Of a stretch of 64,000 nucleotides of DNA, positions 30,474 to 39,894 are shown piece after piece (position 1 is the stretch's first letter; every line of letters starts with the position of its first letter). The notes beneath the pieces are model-generated. The model saw only the letters and a program-made list of their open reading frames with translations. It ran no database searches and had not been told where the DNA came from. Source of the stretch: an archaeon (lineage in GTDB: Archaea > Methanobacteriota_B > Thermococci > Methanofastidiosales > NM3). The position numbers and the translations under genes are program-made. The DNA is taken from NCBI GenBank assembly GCA_004212155.1, contig RXIG01000015.1:13040-77039 (forward strand), read 5' to 3'.

Positions 30474-31122
30474 CGCGGTTCACCTCCAGACGATGCTCGA
30501 TCATCCCGGCGACCGAATCAAGGATGAGTGCGAGCAAGCCGACCCATAGTCCCGTGACGATGATAATGTCCTTGTCATAGAGCTGAATGCCCGTCTGTAG
30601 GGGGGCACCGAGACCGCCTGCCGCGATGAGACCGCCAAGTGTTACGACCCCCATGGTGAAGACGAGGGCGATGCGTATGCCTCCTGCGATGAGCGGAAGA
30701 GCAAGGGGAAACCGTACTTTGCGTAATATCTCGGAATCGGAAAGACCGAGTGCCTCGGCAACGAGGATATGCTCCTTGTCCACGCTCGTAAGGCCCGTGT
30801 AGGTGTTTCGTGCGATGGGGAGGATGGAGTAGATGATGGACGTGACGATCGTTGGCTTCATACCCAACCCCAGAAGAGGAAGCAGCAGCACGAGGAGCGC
30901 AAGCGTGGGTATCGTCTCTGCTATGTTGAGAACGTTGAAAAGCACGGTTGCGACACGGAATCGGCGATAGACGATGACGCCCACAATGATGCCGACGATG
31001 CTCGCGACGACGAGGGCAATGGCGAACATGGTGAGGTGTTCGACCGTCCGCTGCGTAAGCTGCTGCAACTCCCATACGTCCATGATTCGATCGATGATGT
31101 TCATGGCAACACACTCATACAA
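30460..31122 (-). CDS. Osmoprotectant ABC transporter permease
   Basis: ETIPTLAL, ILPIARNTYTG, AEALGL, IAAGGLG. Confidence 0.9.
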   Translation of the reverse strand: MYECVAMNIIDRIMDVWELQQLTQRTVEHLTMFAIALVVASIVGIIVGVIVYRRFRVATVLFNVLNIAETIPTLALLVLLLPLLGLGMKPTIVTSIIYSILPIARNTYTGLTSVDKEHILVAEALGLSDSEILRKVRFPLALPLIAGGIRIALVFTMGVVTLGGLIAAGGLGAPLQTGIQLYDKDIIIVTGLWVGLLALILDSVAGMIEHRLEVNRDGTR

Positions 31123-32254
31123 GTCGCAGCAACGTTTCGTTCATGCTGATAATGCCCGTTGGTTGCCCATCGCGAGACGTGACGACGGCCATGGGAATGC
31201 CATGCGCCTTCATCTCGGATAGGGCCGCGGGAAGAGAATCGTTGGCATCGAAGATGAGTGGTTCGAATGCGTGGTCGCGCAGGCGGCCTTGGGCGTCACG
31301 GTAGAGGGAAAGCGCATTGACCAGTCCGATGATCTCCCCACCCTCCACAGCAAGGGCAACTTCGATGTCATGTTCATGCATTGAGGACAGGGCGTCCTTG
31401 CTGTCCATGCGCCCATCGAGCAGATGATCGTCATCAAGGGCATACGCCACATCGCCGACACACATCGTATCGACATGCTTGTACTTCTTGTTCGCATCGA
31501 CTATATCGGCGACAAACGCGCTCTCGGGATGAAATATCAGTTCATATGCGGTGCCGACCTGGTCAAGCGAGGCATCGCGCATGATGGCAATCCTGTCGCC
31601 CAGCTTGAACGACTCCTCAATATCGTGCGTAACAAAAAGGATGGTCTTGCCGAGCTCCTCCTTGATCTTGGCGAACTCGTCTTGCAGCTGCATGCGCAAG
31701 ATTGGGTCGAGCGCGCCGAATGGTTCGTCCATGAGCAGTATGGGGGGGTCCATGGCGAGGGCGCGAGCAAGACCAACACGCTGCTGCTGACCGCCGCTTA
31801 GCTCCTGTGGATAACGCCCGGAAAACACCTCTGGCGGTAGGGCGACAAGTGAGAGCAGTTCGTCGACGCGGGCATTGATATCGTCACGGGTCCATCCTTC
31901 GAGGCGCGGTATGAGCCCGATATTCTCGCGAACGGACATATGGGGGAACAATCCGATCTGCTGTATGACATATCCCATGTTGCGACGTAGCGTAACGGGG
32001 TCATGACCCCGTATATCCTGTCCGTCGATGGATATGCTGCCCTCATCAGGTTCGATGAGACGATTCACCATGCGAAGCGTGGTGGTCTTGCCCGAACCGC
32101 TCGGGCCGATAAGGACGAGCAGCTCACCGCCGATGACATCAAGGCTCACGTCACGTACTGCATAGATCGATCCGTACGTTTTTGTCACATGGGATATGGT
32201 AATCCCTTGGATCTTGTCAAAGAGGCGTCGCGAGGTCACGGGAACGATCCCCAA
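31115..32254 (-). CDS. Osmoprotectant ABC transporter ATPase with CBS domains
   Basis: GPSGSGKT, LSGGQQQRV, LLMDEPFGALD; C-terminal CBS pair. Confidence 0.93.
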   Translation of the reverse strand: MGIVPVTSRRLFDKIQGITISHVTKTYGSIYAVRDVSLDVIGGELLVLIGPSGSGKTTTLRMVNRLIEPDEGSISIDGQDIRGHDPVTLRRNMGYVIQQIGLFPHMSVRENIGLIPRLEGWTRDDINARVDELLSLVALPPEVFSGRYPQELSGGQQQRVGLARALAMDPPILLMDEPFGALDPILRMQLQDEFAKIKEELGKTILFVTHDIEESFKLGDRIAIMRDASLDQVGTAYELIFHPESAFVADIVDANKKYKHVDTMCVGDVAYALDDDHLLDGRMDSKDALSSMHEHDIEVALAVEGGEIIGLVNALSLYRDAQGRLRDHAFEPLIFDANDSLPAALSEMKAHGIPMAVVTSRDGQPTGIISMNETLLRLV

Positions 32255-32266
32255 AGGCAGGAAGGA

Positions 32267-33166
32267 TTACTCCGTGAGGAGTCCCTGGTCGACAAGGAAG
32301 TCGTATGCTATGTCGCGCGGCTCGCGCTTTTCAACATCGTATTCGTAGTTGAGCGCCCGCATCGTGGCCGTATCGATGAGGTCGTTGAGCATGGCAAGCG
32401 ATTCCATGAGCTCATCGTTGTCGGCGAGCTCCGCACGGGTGATGAGTATGGCATCATACGGCGGGAACGCGGCCTTGTCGTCCTCGAGCAGCACAAGGTC
32501 ATACATGTCGACACGAGCATCTGTAGTGTAGGCACTTATGGCGTCCACCTCGTTGTTCTTGATGGCCTCGTACATGAGCGTTGGTTGCATCTGTTTCACG
32601 CTGCCAAACGTGTAACCGTAGACCTTTTCGACCTGTGGGAGCCCGTCCTGTCGTGAAGCGAACTCAGGGTCAGTGCCTATACTGAATGTGGCACCGTACT
32701 GTCCAAGCTCGGTAAGCGTCTCCACGCCATATGTAACAGCCCAATCCTCGTAGACGGCAATGGCATAGTCGTCACGGAATCCGGGCCGCGCGGCGATCGA
32801 TATGGAGTCCTCCTCCATAAGCTTCTCCTCGGCAGCAGCGTATATGGTCGACACATCCCAGGTATCGGGTGCGGGAAGCTTGAAAATAACGTTATATACC
32901 GTACCGGTATATTCAAGATACATGTCGATCTGACCTTTCTTGAGCGCCTCGTAGTTGACAAGCGTGCCGCCGAGACCCTCACGGACCTCCGTATCGTATC
33001 CATGCTCCTCGAGGAGGAGAGCAGCCATGTGAGCTATGATATATTGCTCGTTAAAGAGTTTTGAGCCGATCACGACCGTCTCATCGCCGTCTGAGGACCC
33101 AATGCATCCGCTTGCACAGACGACCATGATCGCTAGTCCGAACAGTGCTATCTTTCGAAACATCAA
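32267..33166 (-). CDS. Glycine betaine/choline ABC transporter substrate-binding lipoprotein
   Basis: Lipobox ASGC, IGSKLFNEQ, EYTGT, EFASRQDG, YTTDAR, LEDDK..FPPY. Confidence 0.92.
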   Translation of the reverse strand: MMFRKIALFGLAIMVVCASGCIGSSDGDETVVIGSKLFNEQYIIAHMAALLLEEHGYDTEVREGLGGTLVNYEALKKGQIDMYLEYTGTVYNVIFKLPAPDTWDVSTIYAAAEEKLMEEDSISIAARPGFRDDYAIAVYEDWAVTYGVETLTELGQYGATFSIGTDPEFASRQDGLPQVEKVYGYTFGSVKQMQPTLMYEAIKNNEVDAISAYTTDARVDMYDLVLLEDDKAAFPPYDAILITRAELADNDELMESLAMLNDLIDTATMRALNYEYDVEKREPRDIAYDFLVDQGLLTE

Positions 33167-33342
33167 AAAAACACCATATCACATAGAGAACATCATAATT
33201 TATATTTTGCCCAAACTATGCGCTAAAACGTCCTTTGCAAAAAGAACAACAAGATGTAGCAGAAATAATCCCTGTAATCGGAGGAATACAAAAAACAGTT
33301 AAGGATGAAATATGATAATGGTATAACACTACGAGGCGATCT

Positions 33343-34195
33343 AATGAACGAACCCACCGTGGAATTGATCGAGCCTTCATGGCTCGAAGATCGATTGGAT
33401 AAGGATATTCGTATCCTCGATGCTCAACCAAACATACACGACTATATCCAGGAACACATCCCCGGAGCGGTCTACTTTAACGAAGGATTGCTCAGGGTGC
33501 CATATCTGGGCAGACCGGGCGCTTACGTTGACGACGAGGTCGTGACGCACAACTTCGAGAGGGTCGGCATCACACCTTCCACCCCTGTGGCCGTTTATAC
33601 TGCCAAGGGCGTTTTCAGCAAGATGGGGGAAGGACTTGCACAGACGATGATGGCGTACTCGCTGGCACGATTTGGTGTCGAGAACGTCTATGTGCTCAAC
33701 GGCGGGCTTGATCGATGGAAGGAAGAGGAAAGGGAGCTCACGCAATTATTCCCCTCGATCGAGGAGTCGACATATGCGATGAAGAAATGGGACTCATTCG
33801 TCATTGAATACGACGAGTTCAAAGAGGTCAAGGACAACGACGGGGTGACATTGCTCGATGCTCGACCCTCTTCCTTTTACACGGGGCAGGGCCCCTGGAT
33901 CAAACCGGGACACATCCCCGGCGCCATCAACCTCCCATGGAAGGGGCTTATGGCGGAAGGCAATCCCATGCAACTCAGGAGCATAGACGAGATACGAGAC
34001 GTCCTCGATGAGAAGGGCATCTTCGAAGACAACTCCATCATATGCTCGTGCGGCACCGGAAGGGAGGCCACCAACGAGTTCCTTCTCTTCAAGTGGTACC
34101 TAGGCTTCCCCGACGTTCGCATCTATGAAGGATCGTTTACCGAGTGGTCGTCATATCCGGACAACCCGACCGTTACCGGCCCTCTCCCATGGTAG
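33343..34195 (+). CDS. Tandem-domain rhodanese sulfurtransferase
   Basis: EHIPGAV, LNGG..W, GHIPGAINL, CSCGTGRE, IYEGSFTEW. Start approximate (MNEPT at about 33343; track start 33305). Confidence 0.9.
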
Positions 34196-34206
34196 GGGGT
34201 GGTCTC

Positions 34207-35574
34207 ATGCTGTTTGAGAGGATAGAATCCGAGGGACTGGCACATTATTCCTACATCATCGGAGACAGGACGCAGGCTATCGTCATAGACCCGCGCCGTG
34301 ACTGCGACATATATATCCAAAAGGCGCGCGAGGCAGGATGCCGCATCGCCCACATTCTCGAGACCCATCGCCATGAGGACTTCGTCGTGGGATCGATCGA
34401 GCTCTCCGTCAAGACAGGTGCACAGATATGGCATGCCGACGCAGACCTCAACTACAAATACGGCACCGCGGTCCAGGATGGGCAGGAATGGCGCGTGGGT
34501 CGATTCAAGATAGAGGCGGTAGAGACGCCCGGCCACACAACGGGAAGCATGAGCTACCTGCTCTATGACCCGGACAAGACACCATGGGTCGTCTTCACGG
34601 GCGACACGCTCTTTGCAGGAGGTGTGGGGAGGACTGACCTCCTGGGAACAGACCGTATCGAACAGATGTCAGGATACCTCTACGACAGCATATTCACATC
34701 GATACTTTCCCTCAATGACGGCGTCATCGTTTGTCCTGCGCATGGGTCTGGGTCCGTATGTGCCGAATCGATAGCAGAGAGGACGTGGACGACAGTGGGA
34801 CTGGAGAGGAAGTTCAATCCTATGCTCCAATTCGATGACCGTGAGACGTTCATCAAAAACGTGGGCAAGGAGCTCGAGCGTCCCCCCTACTTCAAGAAGA
34901 TGGAAAAGCTCAACGTGCGCGGACCGCCGCTCCTCAGCTCTTTGCAACGGCCCGCAGCGCTCTCGCCTCTCGACTTTGAGGAACGCATGGAGGATTCCTT
35001 CGTTCTTGACACCCGTTTTGAGCTCGAGTTCGGCGCGGCCCACGTACCTGGCGCCCTCTCCATTTGGGAACAGGGGCTTGCCAGTTTCGTTGGGTGGTTC
35101 GTTCCCTACACGAAACGCATTATACTTGTCCCACGAACGGAAGATCCCCTCCCCGCACTGACACAGCTTTACCGGATGGGATATGACGATGTGGCAGGAT
35201 TCCTGCCAGGTGGCATGGTGGCCTGGCATATGTCCGGCAGACCCAGCGAACGGATAGAGACGATGACGGTCCAGGAGTTGTGCACTAGGATAGATGACAA
35301 GGAAGGCACGTGGATACTCGATGTACGTGGCAAGGGGGAGATAGCGCAAAATGGCGCGATACCTGGTGCCCACAATATCCACCTCACGCAGCTGCCCGAA
35401 GCCATAAACGATGTGCCAAAGGACAGAACCGTCTTCATCTTCTGCGGCAGCGGCCTGCGCTCCATGACTGCTGCAAGCCTGCTCAAGAGGAACGGATGGG
35501 ACAACGTCAAGGTCGTCCTGGGGGGCCTTGCCGGATGGAGCTCGTCAACATGCCCTCTTGATCAAACACCGTGA
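34207..35574 (+). CDS. MBL-fold hydrolase fused to two rhodanese domains (persulfide dioxygenase/CstB-like)
   Basis: LETHRHEDF, TPGHT, FTGDTLF..GRTD, PAHG, C-terminal CGSGLRS. Confidence 0.88.
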   Translation: MLFERIESEGLAHYSYIIGDRTQAIVIDPRRDCDIYIQKAREAGCRIAHILETHRHEDFVVGSIELSVKTGAQIWHADADLNYKYGTAVQDGQEWRVGRFKIEAVETPGHTTGSMSYLLYDPDKTPWVVFTGDTLFAGGVGRTDLLGTDRIEQMSGYLYDSIFTSILSLNDGVIVCPAHGSGSVCAESIAERTWTTVGLERKFNPMLQFDDRETFIKNVGKELERPPYFKKMEKLNVRGPPLLSSLQRPAALSPLDFEERMEDSFVLDTRFELEFGAAHVPGALSIWEQGLASFVGWFVPYTKRIILVPRTEDPLPALTQLYRMGYDDVAGFLPGGMVAWHMSGRPSERIETMTVQELCTRIDDKEGTWILDVRGKGEIAQNGAIPGAHNIHLTQLPEAINDVPKDRTVFIFCGSGLRSMTAASLLKRNGWDNVKVVLGGLAGWSSSTCPLDQTP

Positions 35575-35578
35575 ATCC

Positions 35579-36595
35579 ATGAATAAACGAAAGTTGATGG
35601 CAGGAGTGTTCCTGCTGTTGTGCATGCTTGCCGTCGATGTCAGCGCCCATGTTCCGCGGGAGAGCGCCGACAACACGAGCCTCGATACAGCATACCCTAT
35701 CGAGGATCCGCTGAAGTCGTGGGTTTTCTATGATGACATAGCGCATGTGGAACAAGTGCGCTACTACTCGTTCACGATGACCGCAGGACAGAGGATACGT
35801 GCTTCAGTATTTACACCCGATGGGGGTTCGTTCGCGCCTTGGCTAGTTGTCATGGGGCCTACGTTCGACATCTCAGGACCAGTGTTTCCCAATGTGGAGT
35901 TGCCGGATTCATACGGTGCGCTAGTCTACGAGGGATTCAAGCGGGGAGCGGAGTATGAACCGTTCACGCCTGGCGCCTATTATTACACTGCAGAAGCAGA
36001 CATCGTCGTCTCCGGCAACGGCACATACTATATCGCTGTGGCATCCCAGGACGGCACAGGCCCCTTCGGGCTTGCACTCGGCTATGAGGAACGCTATATG
36101 CCCATCGAATGGGTGCGAGTCGCAACCGATGCAATAAGGATACGTATCTGGGAAGGAAAGTCTCTTATAGAAATATTCTATCCTTATGTGGTTGCAGGCA
36201 TTGTATTGTTTGGACTCGCCTGGAAGAAGATGCGTGAAAAAACTAAGACGATAAACGCCTTTATGGGCATAACGCTCATCGTTGCAGCGCTCTACTGTGG
36301 AAGCGGGCTAGCTGTGCTGCACCACTGCTTGGTGTCGGTGGCATTGGCGGGGGTGGGTCCGACCGTCGTTGTGACACTCATCTTTGCAGCACTCCCCCTC
36401 GTCCTTGGTAGAGCGGTATACCGCCTCGGATGGGGTCGTGCGTCCACAAGTGTGGACAGGGCTGTTAGGGTAAAGCTTGCCCTCTATGGCGGATTGGGGC
36501 TGGTCGTATGGGCGGGATTGATCGCTGGACCGTTGATAGCGCTTGGAGGAAGCATGATGCCGCAGGGAGTACTTGTAACATCATCTATGTCATGA
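35579..36595 (+). CDS. Hypothetical exported membrane protein
   Basis: Signal peptide ending VSA|HVP, beta-rich extracellular domain, about 4 C-terminal TM segments. Confidence 0.65.
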   Translation: MNKRKLMAGVFLLLCMLAVDVSAHVPRESADNTSLDTAYPIEDPLKSWVFYDDIAHVEQVRYYSFTMTAGQRIRASVFTPDGGSFAPWLVVMGPTFDISGPVFPNVELPDSYGALVYEGFKRGAEYEPFTPGAYYYTAEADIVVSGNGTYYIAVASQDGTGPFGLALGYEERYMPIEWVRVATDAIRIRIWEGKSLIEIFYPYVVAGIVLFGLAWKKMREKTKTINAFMGITLIVAALYCGSGLAVLHHCLVSVALAGVGPTVVVTLIFAALPLVLGRAVYRLGWGRASTSVDRAVRVKLALYGGLGLVVWAGLIAGPLIALGGSMMPQGVLVTSSMS

Positions 36596-37184
36596 ATCCA
36601 TCGAGGGTGGCTGTCTCGTGGCTGCGCTCAACATTCATGGATGCAGACTTCTCTGCCTTTTTGGGTATGGATTTCCTAAATAGCTCCAGATTTCGCCGTT
36701 TAGGCCTGAACTGACTGTCGTAATAGACGCTCCATAACGAAGCAACCGAGGTATCGGTAATATCTCCCAGCCGCTCCTCAAAGAATCGAACAGTGGACTG
36801 AAGGGAATCGCCCCTGCACTTGAACAGGCCCCGGTCAGTATAGAGCGATATCCATGTCACATGGGGGTTGCCAAGTACGACGATAGTGTGTGGATACCGT
36901 CGTGCCAGGCGGTCGCAGACCATCTGTCCCACATCATGGTGGGGCCTTAAGTGCCCGTGAAGCACTACGTCTGACAACGGTGTGAGGCGAACGAATCCTG
37001 ACATCCTGTGAAGCTCCAATCGTACGGATGACACCATGGCACGGATCTTGGCGTCAATGCGTGTAGAAGCATGCTCAATCTCATATGGCGTCTTCTTACG
37101 CGCATGATTCATCAATGCTGGCGTCGCATTCTTATGACATGAAAGGTAGTCTAGGAAGTTGTTTGGCATGTTCATGATGTCCAC
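36585..37184 (-). CDS. DUF4130 / TIGR03915-like DNA metabolism protein
   Basis: ELHRMSGFVRL, PHHDV..LARRY, LWSVYYDSQF..RRNLELF..IPKK; overlaps the radical SAM gene. Confidence 0.8.
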   Translation of the reverse strand: MDIMNMPNNFLDYLSCHKNATPALMNHARKKTPYEIEHASTRIDAKIRAMVSSVRLELHRMSGFVRLTPLSDVVLHGHLRPHHDVGQMVCDRLARRYPHTIVVLGNPHVTWISLYTDRGLFKCRGDSLQSTVRFFEERLGDITDTSVASLWSVYYDSQFRPKRRNLELFRKSIPKKAEKSASMNVERSHETATLDGFMT

Positions 37185-38395
37185 CTGTCAAGCGTACACT
37201 CGCCCCAACCATTGATGAGGAGGAATGGGGATGCATGTTTCATCCTTGCACCAAGGTAGTGGAGCTGTCTCCTGGAAACGATTGGTTGGGATACCCTTGC
37301 GCTGAGTATCCGAGAAGCTGTGATGGGACCAATGCCGGGAACATGGAGGAGATCCTCATACGTTGCGACGTTTGGGTCAACGGGTCTGTCCAGCACAAGG
37401 CGAGCAAGTTCGAATTTGGGGTCCCGATTCGTGAGCGCACCTTCATCATCGAAGATGGCAAAGAGTTCCTCCAGGGGGAGCTTGTAGACGCGATAAAGCC
37501 AGTCGAGCTGGTAAAGGCGATGTTCTCTCCACCGTGGCTGCATCTTTTCATTTTCAAGCAAGGTGCCTTCCACGGGTGTGAATGCTGAGTAATAGACTCG
37601 CCGCACACTGTATCGCCTGTATTCCTTTATCGATGCACTAAAAATTTCATCATCGCGTTCATGTGCGCCACCGACGATCATCTGCGTCGTCTGTCCCGCT
37701 GGAAGAGGGATGTGCCGTTGTAGTGAGCAGATGTACCTTTGCCTGCGTAAGATGTCATTGACATAATCCTTGCTCGTAGATAGTTCGTCCATGCGTGAAG
37801 GAGAGACCGTCTCTATGTTTACGCTCACACGATCAGCAAGCTCAAGGCACTGTTTGATATGCTCCTTCGATGCACCCGGCAAGACCTTGAGGTGCACATA
37901 TCCCTGAAACGCATATCGGGTGCGGAGGATGTGCACAGACTCGATCATACCCTCCATTATATCATCGACATCCGAACCAATGCCAGAGCTAAGGAAGAGG
38001 CCTTCGATGTAGTTGCCGCGATACAACTGCACGGTAAGGCGGGCGAGTTCCTCGGGCGCATAGGCATAATCACCGGAGTGTGAAGCGCATGTCGAAGCGT
38101 TGGGGCAGTAACCGCACTCGTGAACGCAACTGTTGGTGTAGAGTGTTTTGAAAAGGCTCACGCAGCGCCCATCGTGTGAGAAGGAGTGGCATACGCCGCC
38201 GCTTGCAACATCACCTAACCGCTGGGTCCCCTTCGGAGTGCGCGAACAAGCTGAAGACACGCATATGTCATGCTTTGACCCCTCACCCAGTGCCCGGACC
38301 TTCGCCATGTCATACACTCCCTCACTGCCCAGGGGGCCAAGTGTATCGAAGCGGCTTTCGTTAGCCAAGTGCAGTATCTTATCGAGTGAAGTCAC
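37172..38395 (-). CDS. Putative DNA modification/repair radical SAM protein (TIGR03916-like)
   Basis: GVCHSFSHDGRCVSLFKTLYTNSCVHECGYC, YIEGLFLSSG, GQTTQMIVG, RVYYSAF, REHRLYQLDWL, HhH VPGIG. Confidence 0.9.
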   Translation of the reverse strand: MTSLDKILHLANESRFDTLGPLGSEGVYDMAKVRALGEGSKHDICVSSACSRTPKGTQRLGDVASGGVCHSFSHDGRCVSLFKTLYTNSCVHECGYCPNASTCASHSGDYAYAPEELARLTVQLYRGNYIEGLFLSSGIGSDVDDIMEGMIESVHILRTRYAFQGYVHLKVLPGASKEHIKQCLELADRVSVNIETVSPSRMDELSTSKDYVNDILRRQRYICSLQRHIPLPAGQTTQMIVGGAHERDDEIFSASIKEYRRYSVRRVYYSAFTPVEGTLLENEKMQPRWREHRLYQLDWLYRVYKLPLEELFAIFDDEGALTNRDPKFELARLVLDRPVDPNVATYEDLLHVPGIGPITASRILSARVSQPIVSRRQLHYLGARMKHASPFLLINGWGECTLDRWTS

Positions 38396-38451
38396 ATAGG
38401 AAGTAGGGTATCCAGATTAATAATATTTGAGAGAGCAGCAGTAAGGTGAGA

Positions 38452-39894
38452 TCATGGATGCGTTTCCATGCGTTCTACGTAGCGTGACATGTCGAACTTG
38501 CGTTCAAGACCCCTGTCGTTCATGTAGCGCACCTTTCCGAAGACCGGGCGTTCCTTCCATGGGCGGTCATGATTACCAAAGCACCAGGCAAGCCCTGCAT
38601 ATCCGTTCGGATCACGCCCATCGAGCTCATATCGATTGTTGAGCTCAAGTGCCCTCGAATAGGCGTCGGCTGGCGTTTCGCTCCACTCGAGGATCTTTTT
38701 TCCCCAGTACATGCGCATATACCCGTGCATCTTGCCTGTGTTGACCATTTCCTTCTGTGCTGCGTTCCAATACGAATCGTGCGTTCGGGCGTTTTCAAGC
38801 TCGTCGTAAGAGTATATATGTTCCCGTCTATCATCGGCATGGTCTTCAAGCGTTGCCCGGGCCCAGGAAGAGACGCCCATAAGCGTATCGTAGTTGGAGT
38901 TGTAATGCACATAGTTCATCGCAAGCTCTCTGCGTACGACAAGCTCCTCGAGGAACGCATCGGCCCCTTCTGTCTGGTGGCCCAACACCGTGCTTGCGAC
39001 AGTGACAGGTGAGATCTGTCCAAAGTGCAAATAGGATGACAAGTGTGAAACGCTGTCCTCAGCAGGGTCGTTGCGAAGCGATGCGTAGGTTGGCAGCTTT
39101 TGTTCCACGAACTCTGATAAAAGACGCTGTGCCACGCTCGTACCCCCCTTGAACGTCGAGGATAGCTGTCGTGTTCTCGTCTTCGCAAGCGTTCTGAGAA
39201 GCAAGCGCCGGTCCTTTTGCAACAACCCCGTCTCATCACGTTCAGACGATGTGATGGTGACCTCCTCGTGATGAGGTGCCACCAAGTATGTCAAGGCATG
39301 CTTCCATATCTTCGGTCGTATGGTGGCGGCAGAGTATTCCTCCTTCTGTGACGTAACACCCAGTGGTACCACGACGTTTGTCTCCACCATTACCATAGGG
39401 CATGTGACGGATGATGAGATTCGCTCCCTCCAGGCCTTGCCACTGCGAACATAGTCCGCATCGGTAACGAGAAGCGCGGCGTCCTCGGAGAGGGCTGTGA
39501 CGATTCCTTCTGGTTCACCCTTGCGTACGATGAATCCGATACCGCGGTTGGCAAGAGAACGCTTCACCTCATCGATGCCTTCGAGCATGAACGCATAGTG
39601 AAGCCCTGTCGCGAAAGGGAGTGAAGGTATGATGCAAAATAGTACGAGGACTGGCAGACGCAAAGCGTTTGCAGAGATGACCGCATACTCAAGCGCGTGA
39701 TTGTCCTCTGCGCGCTGCGATGCATGCATCCAGTAGAGCACATAGTCGCCGCCATGTCCTCCTCCTTGTGTTAGCAGGTGTATCCGTTCTGAGGCAAAGG
39801 GCAACTGTTCATCGGCAGGTACGTTGCTAATGAATTCCGCACCCCCCAATGTTATCTCGATGCCACCATAGCATGGTACTCCACTGGTAGACAT
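38452..39894 (-). CDS. phr: Class II CPD photolyase; true start probably near 39830
   Basis: VLYWMHASQRAEDNHALEYA, EYSAATIRPKI, SHLSSYLHFGQIS, EELVVRREL, GKMHGYMRMYWGKKILEW, DGRDPNGY, FGKVRYMN. Confidence 0.93.
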   Translation of the reverse strand: MSTSGVPCYGGIEITLGGAEFISNVPADEQLPFASERIHLLTQGGGHGGDYVLYWMHASQRAEDNHALEYAVISANALRLPVLVLFCIIPSLPFATGLHYAFMLEGIDEVKRSLANRGIGFIVRKGEPEGIVTALSEDAALLVTDADYVRSGKAWRERISSSVTCPMVMVETNVVVPLGVTSQKEEYSAATIRPKIWKHALTYLVAPHHEEVTITSSERDETGLLQKDRRLLLRTLAKTRTRQLSSTFKGGTSVAQRLLSEFVEQKLPTYASLRNDPAEDSVSHLSSYLHFGQISPVTVASTVLGHQTEGADAFLEELVVRRELAMNYVHYNSNYDTLMGVSSWARATLEDHADDRREHIYSYDELENARTHDSYWNAAQKEMVNTGKMHGYMRMYWGKKILEWSETPADAYSRALELNNRYELDGRDPNGYAGLAWCFGNHDRPWKERPVFGKVRYMNDRGLERKFDMSRYVERMETHP

